A stretch of DNA of 64,000 nt. Source: Octopus bimaculoides (taxonomy: Eukaryota). Under the pieces are notes generated by a model that was not told where the DNA came from, searched no databases, and saw only the letters and a program-made list of their open reading frames with translations. Numbering within the stretch: position 1 is the stretch's first letter; each line of letters begins with the position of its first letter. The stretch is taken from assembly GCF_001194135.2 (NCBI RefSeq), contig NC_068986.1, positions 24,168,059-24,232,058 on the forward strand. Direction: 5' to 3'. The position numbers and the translations under genes were made by a program. This document shows positions 48,721 to 62,917 of the stretch, piece by piece.

Positions 48721-50367
48721 CCATAACGGTTTCGAAAATTACTAATTGAAGCTTTGCCATTTTTATACACCACTTAACATATCATCAAAAATGTTTTGAA
48801 CTAAAATTAGACCGAATCATTCAGAGTTAAAAGTTGAAATATATTTGTGTATTGATTTCCATTGATATTTACCATATTCATTTTTAGTGTGTCCTTAATT
48901 CTGGAAGGTCAAATTATATGCAAGAGATCAAGATTATTCTACTTGAGTCATTTTTCTTTTCAACTGCGGATTAAAATTTTCGATTATGTTAATCAATATC
49001 ACGAGGGGACGTAAATGAATGCTTCAACTTATTATTTGTTTTAATTAAAAGCTTGTTTCATTGATTCTAAAAATTCATATTTGCAATATAACGTTGGGAA
49101 TATATATTTAAAACAATGCTTTAAATATTGCTTCCATAGACTGTTGTTCAATACTTCGTCTGTGTGATTTTCTGTTAATATTATCCTTCCACGATAGAAA
49201 CAAGTATATTTTCTAACATTAGCTATTGTTAGTACTTCTAGTACTTGTCTATCAAAGGTTGGTTAGAGGTCTTAATGTAAAACTTTATTGAAATTAATGC
49301 TGTAACTCCACAGTTTTTCATTTATAGCTAAATATGTTAATGAACTCTTATGAACTCTTATATTTCAAGCGATAAATGTATTTATTGATAAAGCTGTGTT
49401 TCTAATACTCCTAATTATCTCTTTGTCCATGATACATTATCTATTATCTTATGATCTGGGAACAAATTTAATACCAATTTCTAAATCAATATTTGCATCA
49501 AACATTTCTCCAAATAAGGAGATCTGCAGAAATGAAGTAAACTTCTAAAATTTAGACTTCAACAGCTGAAAATTCTATTTTGGGGTTTCAGCTGTTAGTT
49601 ATAGCCATTTTATAGTCATATCGTTTTACATCATTATATTTCTCTGAATTTTCTCTGTATCGTTTCGAAAGGAAATTCAACACCTATAGAGAGATTAGAG
49701 CTTATCAGAGTTCTCTCACTTATAAATACCGACATTTCTTTAATCAAATTGATTGTGTGCGAAAAAGACAAATATATCAAATCAAAATATGTCGAAAATA
49801 TTTCTAATTTCTAATCGCCGAGGTACACAAGGATGACTATGTATTTAATACAGAAAAAAGACTCACTAGACAAGAATGGAGAGACTTCGATAAGCATTTT
49901 ATTGTATATGAATAAAGAATGAGAATTTGTGTTTCCATATATTGTTAGTTTTGCTACACGTTTCTATAAGGAAGAGATAACTAGGTTTTAAAACTCCTGG
50001 TGTACCAACTTGAAGCTGAACATGCGAACAGGCGCATCCATATAGTTCCAGTTCCGCAACACTCAATAATAGACCTCGCGAATTATATACGATTATTGCA
50101 ACACTGTGACTGAAAGCGAGTTGGCTTTAGTGGATTTTTAAAATGAATCAATCAATGCTAGCAACATTTTCTGACTCGATTATGACCTGCAGTCATTAAG
50201 ACATCATATTTTTGATGGTCAGTCTTGTTTGAAAGTAGAATAATTTGATCGACAAAGGTTCGGCATTTTAATTGTATTTTATCGCCTGACATGTACAAGC
50301 GACCGGAGGAGACGTTAAGGAAAACCATGAAATTGCTGGGAATCTTTTACATAGCAATACAAATATC

Positions 50368-50582
50368 CTTTTCTACTCTAGGCACAAGGCCCGAAATTTT
50401 TTGTTGGGGAGGCCAGTCAATTAGTTGGAAACCAGTACGCAACTGGTACTTAATTTATCGACCCCGAAAGGATGAAAGGCAAAGTTGACCTCGGTTGAAT
50501 TTGAACTCAGAACGTAGCAGCATACGAAATACCGCTAAGCATTTGGCCCGGCGTGCTAACGTTTCTGCCAGCTCGTAGCCTT
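50368..50582 (-). mobile_element. Full-length SINE family A with 13-bp TSD
   Basis: TSD CAATACAAATATC at 50355-50367 and 50587-50599; head and tail both present. Confidence 0.92.
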
Positions 50583-50928
50583 ATAACAATACAAATATCA
50601 TTTAAATAATTTTCACTTGTATTTAGTATCCTGCATTTTTCTGAAGCGCTATACTGAATGATCATTCCACACGCCTATTTGTTTAATTCGCATACATTTA
50701 AAGAAATAGCACTCATTGTTATTTCATTTGTTGCTCACACTCCTTAATAACATTTCTTGTTCAGATGAAGTAAAATTGTACCAAATTGGTTTATATACTG
50801 TACGTTCAATTTCGAGGCTTCGTGTTTACAGGGCAATTTTTTTACCTCTCAGCAATGCCTATGCCTCCCCACATACCCGTAAACACACACACACACACAT
50901 ATAAACCTTTATACATATTGAAATAAAG

Positions 50929-50931
50929 TGT

Positions 50932-51015
<84 letters not shown>
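50929..51015. repeat. (TG)n microsatellite
   Basis: Read directly from the sequence. Confidence 0.95.
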
Positions 51016-51017
<2 letters not shown>

Positions 51018-54000
51018 TTAAGTATATTGTGCGACGTTATATATAACTATATTGTGTGTTTCAAACCAATATTACTTCTCTTTATATTCAGCTAGTATAC
51101 ACGTCAACTGATAAGGAAATTATGACGGGAAATTACACATTACTCATCAGAAAGACAAAAAGAAGGTGTTATATAATAAACTTGATCTGACAAACGAAAG
51201 TCTGGGAATTACTAATGAGAAACTTAACATCTGAAACTTTTACATAATTTAGCAATTTACCCTGATGTAACGTGATGTCAAATTTATAATAGCTTCGCAT
51301 GAGGTTATTTCTTGATCATAATTGCCAACATTTTGTTACCTGATAACATTATTGGCGATGGAACATATAATCCAATACTAAGGTGACTACTTAATGTAAC
51401 TAATTGGATAGTCCCTGGTTCTGTGTTTAGTTTCTATCACTGGTGTGGATTTGAGGCTAATGTTCGGTACTAACCTAATACATTGTAATCGCATGTGTTT
51501 ATGTTCAAACACCATCAAATGCGATATTTCTCTTCATCATTTTGTGGCCTAAGGAATATTTATTTTAAATAAGATATACACACTATGTTTCAATTTGTCA
51601 ATTACGTACATACCTATATTACATTTCATTGACCTTGTGTTGAGTCAAACACAGCAAAAGCTAAGAATTCAATTTATTTCATGTTAGACAACGGCACCCT
51701 TTAAGAGAGCTTGAACCCGAAGGTAGAGGGATAGCGGAAGACTGCTTGGTTAAACCCATTTACAGGATTGATTTCATCTCATTGACATTCAAACTTAAAA
51801 CGAAACTTCGACTTTGTCATCTACCCTACGAACATGAATGAAATGATTATCATTAATATCATATGCTGAATTTAATTCAATAGACTTTTATTCACATCTC
51901 GCACCATATATTACCGTCATCTAAAATCATGATCGAAGTCTATTCACAAAGAAGGCTCTGCTGCACTAGTTGAAAGAGCAATATAAGGTAAGGTAATAGC
52001 TTGTCACCTCTTCCGTTTAGTGAATTGACAGTTGTTTCGGTTTCTTGTCCCGAAAACATCAAGCAGGGTACAAAATAAGGAGTTATATGTAAAAGAGCGT
52101 ATTTTTAACGAATATAGGACGTTGAATCGTATCTGATTCAATGTCTTCATCTTGGTCGTTATAGTCAGAGCATTTTGCCGGTTGTAAACTATACCCGTAC
52201 ACTGTTTATACTATAGGAAATTCTATGAGATATTTTCGTACCTTTTTTGTCGCTTTCTTATCTGTTTGAGCCGGAGTATGTTTATTCTTTGATTAACTTT
52301 GTGGCTGAGACATCTATTACTAGCTATGCTACTACACATTGCATTTAATCTACACTTATATACATAGCTGTGCATAACTACTGCCCAAAGATTTTCACCA
52401 CTATAAATGCAGGATCCGACATAAAAATGCTATGGTACATAGGAGCATATAACAGTATCGTTTGACAATAAGACAAAGAACTTATTACCGCTGAGACTAT
52501 AATATGCTTAGATCCAGGTCACACTAATCAATCGGAGTTATCGGCATGGGCGTTCCAGTAGTGAACATCTAGTCTTTATAATGACTAGGACTACATTCTC
52601 TAATATAATTTTCACTTTTTAAAGACCGTAGGGAGTTATGTGAAAGAGATTCGGCAACTGCTAGAGAGCGAGCGATTGCATAAAACCGGGCCTGTTGTCT
52701 AGTAAAACCCGGTATGAGAAACAAGGAGTCGATATATATATATATATATATATATATANNNNNNNNNNNNNNNNNNNNNNNNNNNNNNNNNNNNNNNNNN
52801 NNNNNNNNNNNNNNNNNNNNNNNNNNNNNNNNNNNNNNNNNNNNNNNNNNNNNNNNNNNNNNNNNNNNNNNNNNNNNNNNNNNNNNNNNNNNNNNNNNNN
52901 NNNNNNNNNNNNNNNNNNNNNNNNNNNNNNNNNNNNNNNNNNATATATATATATATATATATATATACGTGATAGATAGATAGATAGATAGACAGATAGA
53001 GAAAACAGAAAGACTGAATGAGAGAAAGAGAGGGAGAAAGAGAGTAAGAGATAGATATAGGTATGTACTACGTATATACATTGCCATTTAATGACAAGAA
53101 AGGGCTTGTATTCTGATAGTGAATATCAAATATATTGATATTTGTGCAACGCACTTATTCGTACTTACAGACAGATACACACAGATACATGCACACTCAT
53201 ACACACATATGTGCATGCTTCAATGAGCATTCATATCATATACACATATATATGTAATGTAATAAGTAAATACATACATACATACGCAGACTTATGTATG
53301 TGTGAATATTTGTATATATACATGCATGCGTGTGTATGTGTGTGTATGTGTGTGTCTGTGTGTGTCTGTGTGTTTATGCATATATGTATGCAAGAACATG
53401 TCTTGCAATAGTACAATGGATTTTCTGTAGTTCTTAACTCCTGCCCTGTCAGAGTGAACTGAGCCTTTCTACGACTTGCTGCTCTATGAAACAATAATCT
53501 TTTAAATATTCATGCCGTGTCAGATATCACACATGAAGCTTAAGCACTAAATATTTGAATGCAATATATGTTTCACGAATTCTTTTCTTCGTGTGCTTAT
53601 GGGGCAGAACATCTCAGAAAGTTTATGTTAATGTGTGTGCGTTTGGATTAACAACCAAACACAATACGTGCATTAAAAGTATATCATATTTCTGGATGAA
53701 TGCCAATACTTTATACCTACGTTCAACGATAAAGTTATATGATAACTTTGACAATACCCATTGTGTTTCCTGTACAGTTGTTTTGTTCACATTTCCTTCA
53801 ATATTTCCTCTACAGCGTGTTTATGCATATCTCCAAGTAGAGATATGCATCTTGTATGCGTAGATGTAAGCATATATACATGCATACACACACAAACATA
53901 TTTATACTCGCATATATACAGGTGTATGTGCAAACTTACAAATACAACGTGTATATATCTATATGCTAGATACATTTAAGCATGTATATATATATATATA

Positions 54001-54038
54001 CATATGCATTTGTGTGTGAGTGTGTATGCATATGTATT

Positions 54039-54074
<36 letters not shown>

Positions 54075-55204
54075 CTTATGGATGTATATATATATGTGTG
54101 TATGGGTGTGTGTATATACGTATATCTATTTATCTAGTTATATATATATATATATAAATGCACACCCACACACACACACACACTCACACACACAAATACA
54201 CATACACACACGTATATACAGGTACAATTGTGTCCGTGTTATCCTGAGTCTTTGTTTATGGGTATGTTTATCTGTGTTTAGGATAAGTCAGCGTGAATGT
54301 GTTGGTATTTATTGTAGCTGGATGTATGTGTGCGTTTGTGACGTCTGTTTGTGTGTGTGTGTGTGTGGATGTGTGTGTGTGTGTGTGTGTTGTGTGTGTG
54401 TGTGTGTGCGTGTGTGTGTGTGTGTGTGTGTTTATATGCGAGCGCGCAACGGCACGTAGCAATGCCAATTAAGTCCGTCTCTTTGCCATTGTGTAATACA
54501 AATAGAAACAGTAAATTCATTGAACGGATACGCCTCGTTTTCTTGCCCGAAATATCGCATCCCGTTGAGGATGCTGAAATAGATAACATAGGAAAACATT
54601 CTCTCGGCTATTGTTAACATTTAGTAAAACAGACGTAAAAGAGAGAGAGAGGGTGTGAGAGAAACAGACAGACAGACAGAAGGAATTAGTGATTGAATGC
54701 CGTTTAGACTGAAATTTATTGAATAATTTCGTTGCTTATTCTGTTGTTATGGGCACCTTTCAAACGATCGGGAACGGGCCATTGCTTGCAATTACTATCA
54801 ATTACTTATCTACATATCATGACATCAATTAATTTCACTACATCTAATAACGACGTGACAAGGAGCCATACTAAAACTAAATATCTAAATTAGATCCAAT
54901 TTGGACATCAAACTCCACTGGGAGAAAACGTTGCCGTTCAACCAACAGTGGTTTAAATAAAATAATTATCTGTGATATCGGACAATTAGTCTAGGTGTAA
55001 TTAATTAGTGTTTTACTACTGATGATAATTTTAAGAGTGCGTAGTTAGGTATTGTGTTGAAAAAATTTGTTGCGTCTACTGGTTCATTATTGCATGTTTC
55101 GATTACATATGTCGACACAGTTCACAACGTCTGTCTCTTCCCCCTCTCTCGTTCATTCTCATTCCCTTTCCCTTTGTCTCTGTCTCTGTCTGTCTGTCCG
55201 TCTG

Positions 55205-55213
55205 TCTCTGTCT

Positions 55214-55283
<70 letters not shown>
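55205..55283. repeat. (CT)n microsatellite
   Basis: Read directly from the sequence. Confidence 0.95.
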
Positions 55284-55285
<2 letters not shown>

Positions 55286-55339
55286 AACACCTGTAGTAAG
55301 AGTTACTTACATACATTATCATTATTATCATTTAAAGTA

Positions 55340-55553
55340 AAGCGTGAGGTGGTGAGCTGGCAGAATCATTAGCACGCCGGGCGAAATATTTAGCGGTATT
55401 TCGCCCGTCTTCACGTTCTGATTTCAAATTCCACCGAAGTCGACATTGCATTTTATCCTTTCGGAGTCGATAAATTATTGGGTCAATGTAATCGACACAT
55501 CCCCTCCACTCTTCCACAATGGTTGTCCTTGTGGCAAAATTTGAAACCATTAT
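55340..55553 (+). mobile_element. SINE family A
   Basis: GGTGAGCTGGCAGAATCATTAGCACGCCGGGCGAAATATTTAGCGGTATTTCG...; TTTAAAGTAA occurs on both sides and is a probable TSD. Confidence 0.88.
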
Positions 55554-55559
55554 TTAAAG

Positions 55560-55770
55560 TAAGGCGGTGAGGTGGCAGAATTGTTAGCGCGCTGGACGAA
55601 ATACTTAGCGGTATTTCGCCCGTCTTTATGTTCTGAGTTCAAATTCCGCTGAGGTCGACTGTGCTTTTCATCCTTTCGAGGTCGATTGTGTGTTTGTATT
55701 TGTCCCCTACCATCGCTTGGCAACCGGCGTTAGTGTGTTTACGTCCCCGTAACTTAGTGATGCGGTGTAA
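55560..55770 (+). mobile_element. Chimeric SINE: family A head/core joined to family B right arm
   Basis: ...CATCCTTTCGAGGTCGAT joins directly to TGTGTGTTTGTATTTGTCCCCTACCATCGCTTGGCAACCGGCGTTAGTGTGTTTACGTCCCCGTAACTTAG. Confidence 0.8.
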
Positions 55771-56138
55771 GGAAGATATACGTGTGTATGAATGCACCTA
55801 ACACACACACACACACACAAATATATAGTAACGTAATAAGAATTGTATAACTTTGAAGAGAACGTGAAATACGTTCTTTTGGAGGATGTGAATAAAGGTT
55901 CTCGAAGTACAGCACGTACAGTTATAAAAATTAACTTGCAAATATTGAATTCAAACAACCTTGTGTATAGGAAAAGGCCAAAGCTACCCGTGGGAGTCTA
56001 TGCACATCTATTGTAATACATATTAGTCCAAAACAATCCTTCGAATTTCTCTGTCCATTTTAGTTACGGGAATTCTTCTTGGCGTTATAAGAATTTTATA
56101 AACTTTCCAGAGAACGAATAAAACATTTGTTTGCTTTC

Positions 56139-56186
<48 letters not shown>

Positions 56187-58976
56187 GACTGTCTGTCTCC
56201 ATACTTTTGGAAAAATGCTTTTCGATGCAAAATATATACAGCAAAAGAATAAGCCTTGAAATATTCAGTTGGCAAACAAGTTTGAATAACAAAGCGAAAG
56301 ACCTCCCATGGGACTCCAAACCCACCTCTCTCGAATGTTTATGAAATTCTTATGATGTCAACAACAATTCTCACAGGTAAGAATAGATTATTTAAAACAG
56401 ACGGATTGGTTTCGTCTAAATGTACAACGCCTATTACGAAAAACCGGTGATATATTCGCCGCTGAAACGGTAGATTACAGGTCTGAGTAGTTAGAAGCGT
56501 CCTAGCATCAAACCACAAAAGCTACAAAAATTAATTGTTTTAAATGCTGAGAAGTTTAAGATTTGAGGATTGAAGCAGGCCTCATGATCAGCAAACATCT
56601 CAGCGATGTACAGACATATCGATGAGGTTAGTCACGTGGCGTAATCATTGTTTGAATCAACTGTCAGGTCAATGAACGGAAGAGGTGACAAGCTTATTGC
56701 CTTACCTTAAATTGCTCTTTCAACTGGTGCAGCAGAGCCTTCTTTGTGAATAGACTTCGATCATGAAGAGCAATCAGTTTTCAGAATCGACGCATGGAGG
56801 TCGCCTCACGCGGCAAAACAATTTTGTTTCAAAACATAAATCGGTCAGATAATATATAATGTCGATATCTGAAAACTGTATACGGGAAAATATAGATAAA
56901 CAATAATAAGCAAAATAAAATACATAGAAAAGAAATAAATATCCGTAGATTAATGATTTACGGTCGATCAGGTTTAATCTATCAGATCACTAGGATATTG
57001 ATAATAAGAAAGAACAGTTAAACTTGTTTTTGTAGCATTATGGTATCAGCTTTGTCTGAAAGATATAATTTAGTATAGGAATAGTGTAGGAATCGATTAG
57101 CATGTGGCGTGTATTTCATTCTGGATTGCTGAAAGTGAGGTGGGCTTAAGAGAAAAAAAAAAAACTAAAAAAAAAAAGAACATAAAAAGTGATGTGTGGT
57201 GAAACCAATACAGTAATAATGGTTTCTGATATACGCATAAGTGTAAGACACACATATTACTAAATCGTGAGATGACGAACGATGGACAAAACATTACAGT
57301 GTGTAACCGTTCCAGAGTACAGTGACATTGTGTCCACTTAATATTATCTATTGAATATCAGTCTAATTGCCATGATATCGCGATCAATTTCAAAGCAGCC
57401 CTGTAATAAACCGTGTTGTCAATAATCGACTTAGCTTTGATATACCTATTAGAAATCGACTCAGCAGAGTCGATTCATAGTTGATGAATCACGGTAAAAT
57501 TTATTTTTAGTGTTATATCTACAATCCAAATCTTTATAGAGTTTACTTTAAAAGGATTGCTGATAGGGAAAATGAAAAGAGAAGCCAAAATATATTCCAT
57601 ATCTTTTGTATACGCAGAGGGAATGCATATATGGAAATAAAGTTAAACTATTCCAAATGGAAATCGAAATCAGATAAACATTTTTCTAAATCTTTGTTCA
57701 AAACATTGGGATTCGAGAGGATAAAAATAAAGAACGTTATAATCAACTCACCATAATTCTAGAATACTGTATAGAATCAAATGCTTCTACGACATCTCTC
57801 TCGTTCTCTCCGCTCTCTTTTTCTCTTTCTTTCTCTCTCGTTCAATATTTATATTCATCTCAGTTGCTTTCTGTTCTTCTCACAGGATAAGTCACTCACC
57901 TCACACAGTAAAAAGAAAAAAAAAGCAGTTTCTAGCTATGGTAAACAAATCTAAAAGGTATTAGTGAATTATGCAACGCAGTGGTGCGATAAATAGAATT
58001 CATGTTTTCATATTTAGTTTTGAAATCTGAGTTATCCATGAATTTATGATCAACGTGACTGACTTCACAGGGTCGAAGAAACTAGCGTGTTTACATTCAT
58101 GCCATTATAAAGAACTTTATTATAAAGAAATAGTTATTATCATGGTTTGAAGATAAACTGCAGGCCTATTTCGAATTCACATGGAGCTGGAGCTTCTTTT
58201 CAATCCTAAAGAAAACCTTACAAAATGGCCTTTATATGCTAGTCCAAGCTACTAGACACAACAGCCAAATTTCTCTTGAATTATCTCAAATAATAACAAA
58301 CTAAGAGATCCTAGATAGCCTTCAAGTTGGCTTCCATCATAGTTCTGCTCGAAACGACAGGAGGATACTAAACCTACAGCAGGCAACTTGAAGTAGTGTA
58401 TACTTTTATTCAAGTATAATTTCATAAAACAACATTTAGATATAAGATATAACAAACAGTTAAGTGTATCACATTAAAATCTATCGACTCTTTAGCGAGT
58501 AGATTTTGTTTCTTATCTATGCTAGCTTCGTGCCTGGTATCGTATCATCTCACATCTATCTATCTAGCAATCAATCTATCTATCTATCTGTGTATCCGAA
58601 AGTGTGTCTGTCCATCTGTCTGTCTATATCTATATCTGTGTGGGGAGTGTATATACAGAGATATACGTATACGTATGTATATGCACAATGCCAGGTTTGT
58701 AATGTTAGGGAGATGTATTTAGATGAACAGACTACTCAGAGAGAATGGTTCAACTGAAATCCCCTAAAACGTATTCATGGATGACGTAACAATAGTAGTA
58801 AGAGACAAAAAGTATACGGAAATAGTTGTCTCGACTGGATGAACTAAATATCAAATGCTCGGCAAGCGTTCTACTTTCACTCCTTACACAATGGTGTATA
58901 CTAATTAGTCCTCTACCAGCGTTGTTACTTTTCATATACAGTCATTTACATTGTTATTATTGTTGTTGTTCTTGTG

Positions 58977-59110
<134 letters not shown>

Positions 59111-59483
59111 AAAGGATTTGAATTCCTCAAGAACACTGTTTTGTCTTACTCTTTCTTCTACATCAATTGAGATCTACAATTTGTAAAATAATAATATCAT
59201 AAACATATTCTAATCACATATTTATAAATAGTTGATTACCTGAATCTGACGAACATTACAGACCATAATTTCCTGTCTGTACAGTCGTGAAAGTTTGCAA
59301 CAGATTAGATTGCTGCTTTACCAGTTCGTATTTGTATCTGAAAATATTTTTTGGCTTCATTTTTTGTTAAAATGCAGACCGATATGTCTGAACTGACATG
59401 TACCACATCGTCTGTCATTGCATTTGGATAATACTATGTTGTGTTCTTTTATAATTATATATATGTATGTATGTGTGCGTAAG

Positions 59484-59519
<36 letters not shown>

Positions 59520-59557
59520 CATAAATACATACATANNNNNNNNNNNNNNNNNNNNNN

Positions 59558-59599
<42 letters not shown>

Positions 59600-59724
59600 C
59601 ATAAATACATACATATACATACGTACATTCATAAATACATACATACATATATACATACATACATACACAGAAAGAGCGTGGCTCAGAAAGGACGGATAGA
59701 AGAAAACACAGAGCGAGTGACAAG

Positions 59725-59795
59725 AAGAGAGAGAGATGAGAGAGAATGAGAGAGATGAGAGAGAATGAGAGAGATGAGAGAGAATGAGAGAGATG
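59725..59795. repeat. GA-rich ~20-bp tandem repeat (GAGAGAGAATGAGAGAGAT) x~3
   Basis: Read directly from the sequence. Confidence 0.85.
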
Positions 59796-60333
59796 CATTA
59801 ATACTTTTTTTTCTTCCATGACCTCGCAAATTGATCTACTGACAGGAAATATATCAACTAGAGCTATCATTTAGGGAATATGTTTTCTCCTTCGTTCTGT
59901 TATTTATAAAATTGAGAAATACAAAAAATATTTCATCCTATTTCTCTATGTTCGAATGCACACAAATACATTTACATAAGCACACACTTACATGCAAAGA
60001 AGTCAACGAACATGCATTCACATTCTACAAGGCCAAAACAATGCGAGATAAATGCAAGGTAACTCACAAGAAAATAAATATGTCAATTAAATGTAGACTT
60101 ACCTTGTATTCGGTATTGCAGTGCTATGATCCCATTTTCAAGAAATAGGCGCAACATTCGTCTATTTCTTGAAAATGAGTTCATATCCCCGAAATATTGA
60201 ATACAAGGTAAGTCTACATTAATTCACATACTTATTTTCTTGTGATTTACTTTGTATTTACTTCGCATTGTTTGGCCTTACACACGATCATTTATACAAT
60301 ATATTCTACTCAATGCTTCATAGTGATTATTCC

Positions 60334-60380
<47 letters not shown>

Positions 60381-60421
60381 AATGAGCGTGACTATGGGTA
60401 TATTATACATGTATAACATGT

Positions 60422-60457
<36 letters not shown>

Positions 60458-60880
60458 TACNNNNNNNNNNNNNNNNNNNNNNNNNNNNNNNNNNNNNNNN
60501 NNNNNNNNNNNNNNNNNNNNNNNNNNNNNNNNNNNNNNNNNNNNNNNNNNNNNNNNNNNNNNNNNNNNNNNNNNNNNNNNNNNNNNNNNNNNNNNNNNNN
60601 NNNNNNNNNNNNNNNNNNNNNNNNNNNNNNNNNNNNNNNNNNNNNNNNNNNNNNNNNNNNNNNNNNNNNNNNNNNNNNNNNNNNNNNNNNNNNNNNNNNN
60701 NNNNNNNNNNNNNNNNNNNNNNNNNNNNNNNNNNNNNNNNNNNNNNNNNNNNNNNNNNNNNNNNNNNNNNNNATATATATATATATATAAAATGTATGGA
60801 TATATGCATATATTTATATATTATTTATATTATTATATATATATATACACACACACATGTGCATCTATATGTATTTATGC

Positions 60881-60929
<49 letters not shown>

Positions 60930-62281
60930 TGTGTGTGTGTTTGTACTTATATGTGCATAAATGAATCTTTGCACTCCATATTTTCTATTTATTTGTCTCC
61001 ATACATATAGTTATAGCAAAGGTTAGCTACATAAAGATATGAATAGAGGAAGATGATTAACTATATTCTATGAGTTTATTATGTATAGTCAATGGTGATA
61101 TTAACATCTCTATGTAAACATATTTCATGTATGAAATCACTGTTCAACTGTTGTCTCTATCATATTTTTTGTCATTGTTCCAGTAAGACTCTGTATTAAC
61201 CTGTCTATAATTTCTATGCTTAATTAACTTCCGATGCAGACGTTTGAATGCTCAATCTAAGTTTTTCTTGTAGACATTAAACTGCTATCAAATTCTTACA
61301 TATGAAACATACTGCGGCTTCAGGTCTGTAAGAGCTGTATTGGGCCTCACCTTTCATGACCACAATAATATGAGCTACAATAGAAAATCGTTTATAATAT
61401 TCAGCACTATTCTTTCTTTTTCGATTTTCTTCCTATCTTTCTTTCTCTGATTCTGTCTTTACGTATCTCATACACAGATACACGTTATAAATTCGCATAT
61501 ATTCATATCATACGAACACATAATAATTATTCTAAGATGATTTATGTGTATTTCCACTGCCATATTTCCTGGCACAATAACGTTAATCTTCGTAATACAA
61601 GACAGAAAACATTAGCAAGGTTGATGTTAAAGACGATATTTTTTTCCTTCTGCTTGTTCTACTTTTCTCTTGTAAGTTGCATCATTAAATATCACGGTTT
61701 CTTCATCTCTTCTCCTTGGTTCGTTTTCACTCTTTCTTTATTTCTCACTCTCTCTCTCTCGCTCACTCTGTCGTCTGCTCACTGCTTCCCGTCTTTCCGT
61801 TGGTAGAGACCCATTGTCCATTCATCAACCACTCGCGTTCCGCCACCCTCTCGTTTGATAGAAATATGATCATAAGAGTAGAAATTGAAATCATGAAAGC
61901 CCACAGATTATAACCCAGTCTGGTTCACCTTCAAGTGTTCCATTATTATAAAAAGTCGGTAGTCATGGAGAGAGAAGTTTAGCAAAGCTGAAATTATTAT
62001 GAAGCAATCAATATTCCACAGCCAATTTCCCGGCGGATTTCGACGCTACAATGTCATCCGATTCTATTCAACATATACATAATTGTCAGACAGATACTAA
62101 TATAAAGACATCATTTATTGCAATGGGATTAAAGGTCTTGAGACTCCTCTGCACACTATATCGGTAATATAGAAATAAAAGACATAATTTTATTCATTAT
62201 TCAAACAGCGTCGACCTATAGCAATAGCTAGTGTGAACAAAGAAAAATTCAAACTATAATATTAATAGTAATGACGAGTTT

Positions 62282-62715
62282 CTTTCGGCCAGCAGGGCCA
62301 ATTTTCTAAGGAGAGAGGTGACAGTCGATATTATTGACCCTGATATATTACTAGTACTTATCTTATCGAATCAGAAAACAATAATAGACACCTCTGACCT
62401 TGGTGAGATTTGAAAAGAGAGAAATCGAAAACGTTAAGGCGAAAAATATAGTTCACTTACCGTTTCTAAAACAATAACTAAAACAATAATTAAAACAATA
62501 ATTAAAACTATTACTAATAATTTTTGTTATGATTTCTAACGTAGCTTCAAGGAAAAGTCTTTGGTGAGGGGTGTTGCAGTTGCATAAATCGATCCAAGTA
62601 TGGCGTTGATAATTATTTTATCGATCACAATTGGATGAAAGACAATATCGAGCTCGGTTTGATTGGCACTAACAATATCAAAAGACGAAAAAAATGAAAA
62701 GCTTGGCGCATTTTG
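62282..62715 (-). mobile_element. Two old, degenerate SINE family A-like fragments
   Basis: CAGTCGATATTATTGACCC...TAGTACTTATCTTATCGA (62.33 kb) and TAATTATTTTATCGATCACAATTGGATGAAAGACAATATCGAGCTCGG (62.6 kb). Confidence 0.45.
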
Positions 62716-62857
62716 TACAGCAGTTTATTCACTCTTTTATCTACTGTACTGAATAGCGATGAAAGTGATGATGATGGTGATAAAATTGTTGTTGTTGCCT
62801 TTGCTGTTGTTGTTCAGAAGTTTTATAGCATGTAGGAAAGGTATCTGGAAGCACTAA

Positions 62858-62916
<59 letters not shown>

Positions 62917-62917
<1 letters not shown>

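Noticed and set aside
54432-54575. Strong minus-strand acceptor at 54573 with open frames
   Set aside because: No convincing donor and no homology.
56270-57945. Plus-strand donor CAG|GTAAGA (~56376) and acceptor TTCTTCTCACAG| (~57885)
   Set aside because: The implied upstream exon has stops in all frames and the phases are incompatible; could be chance or non-coding.
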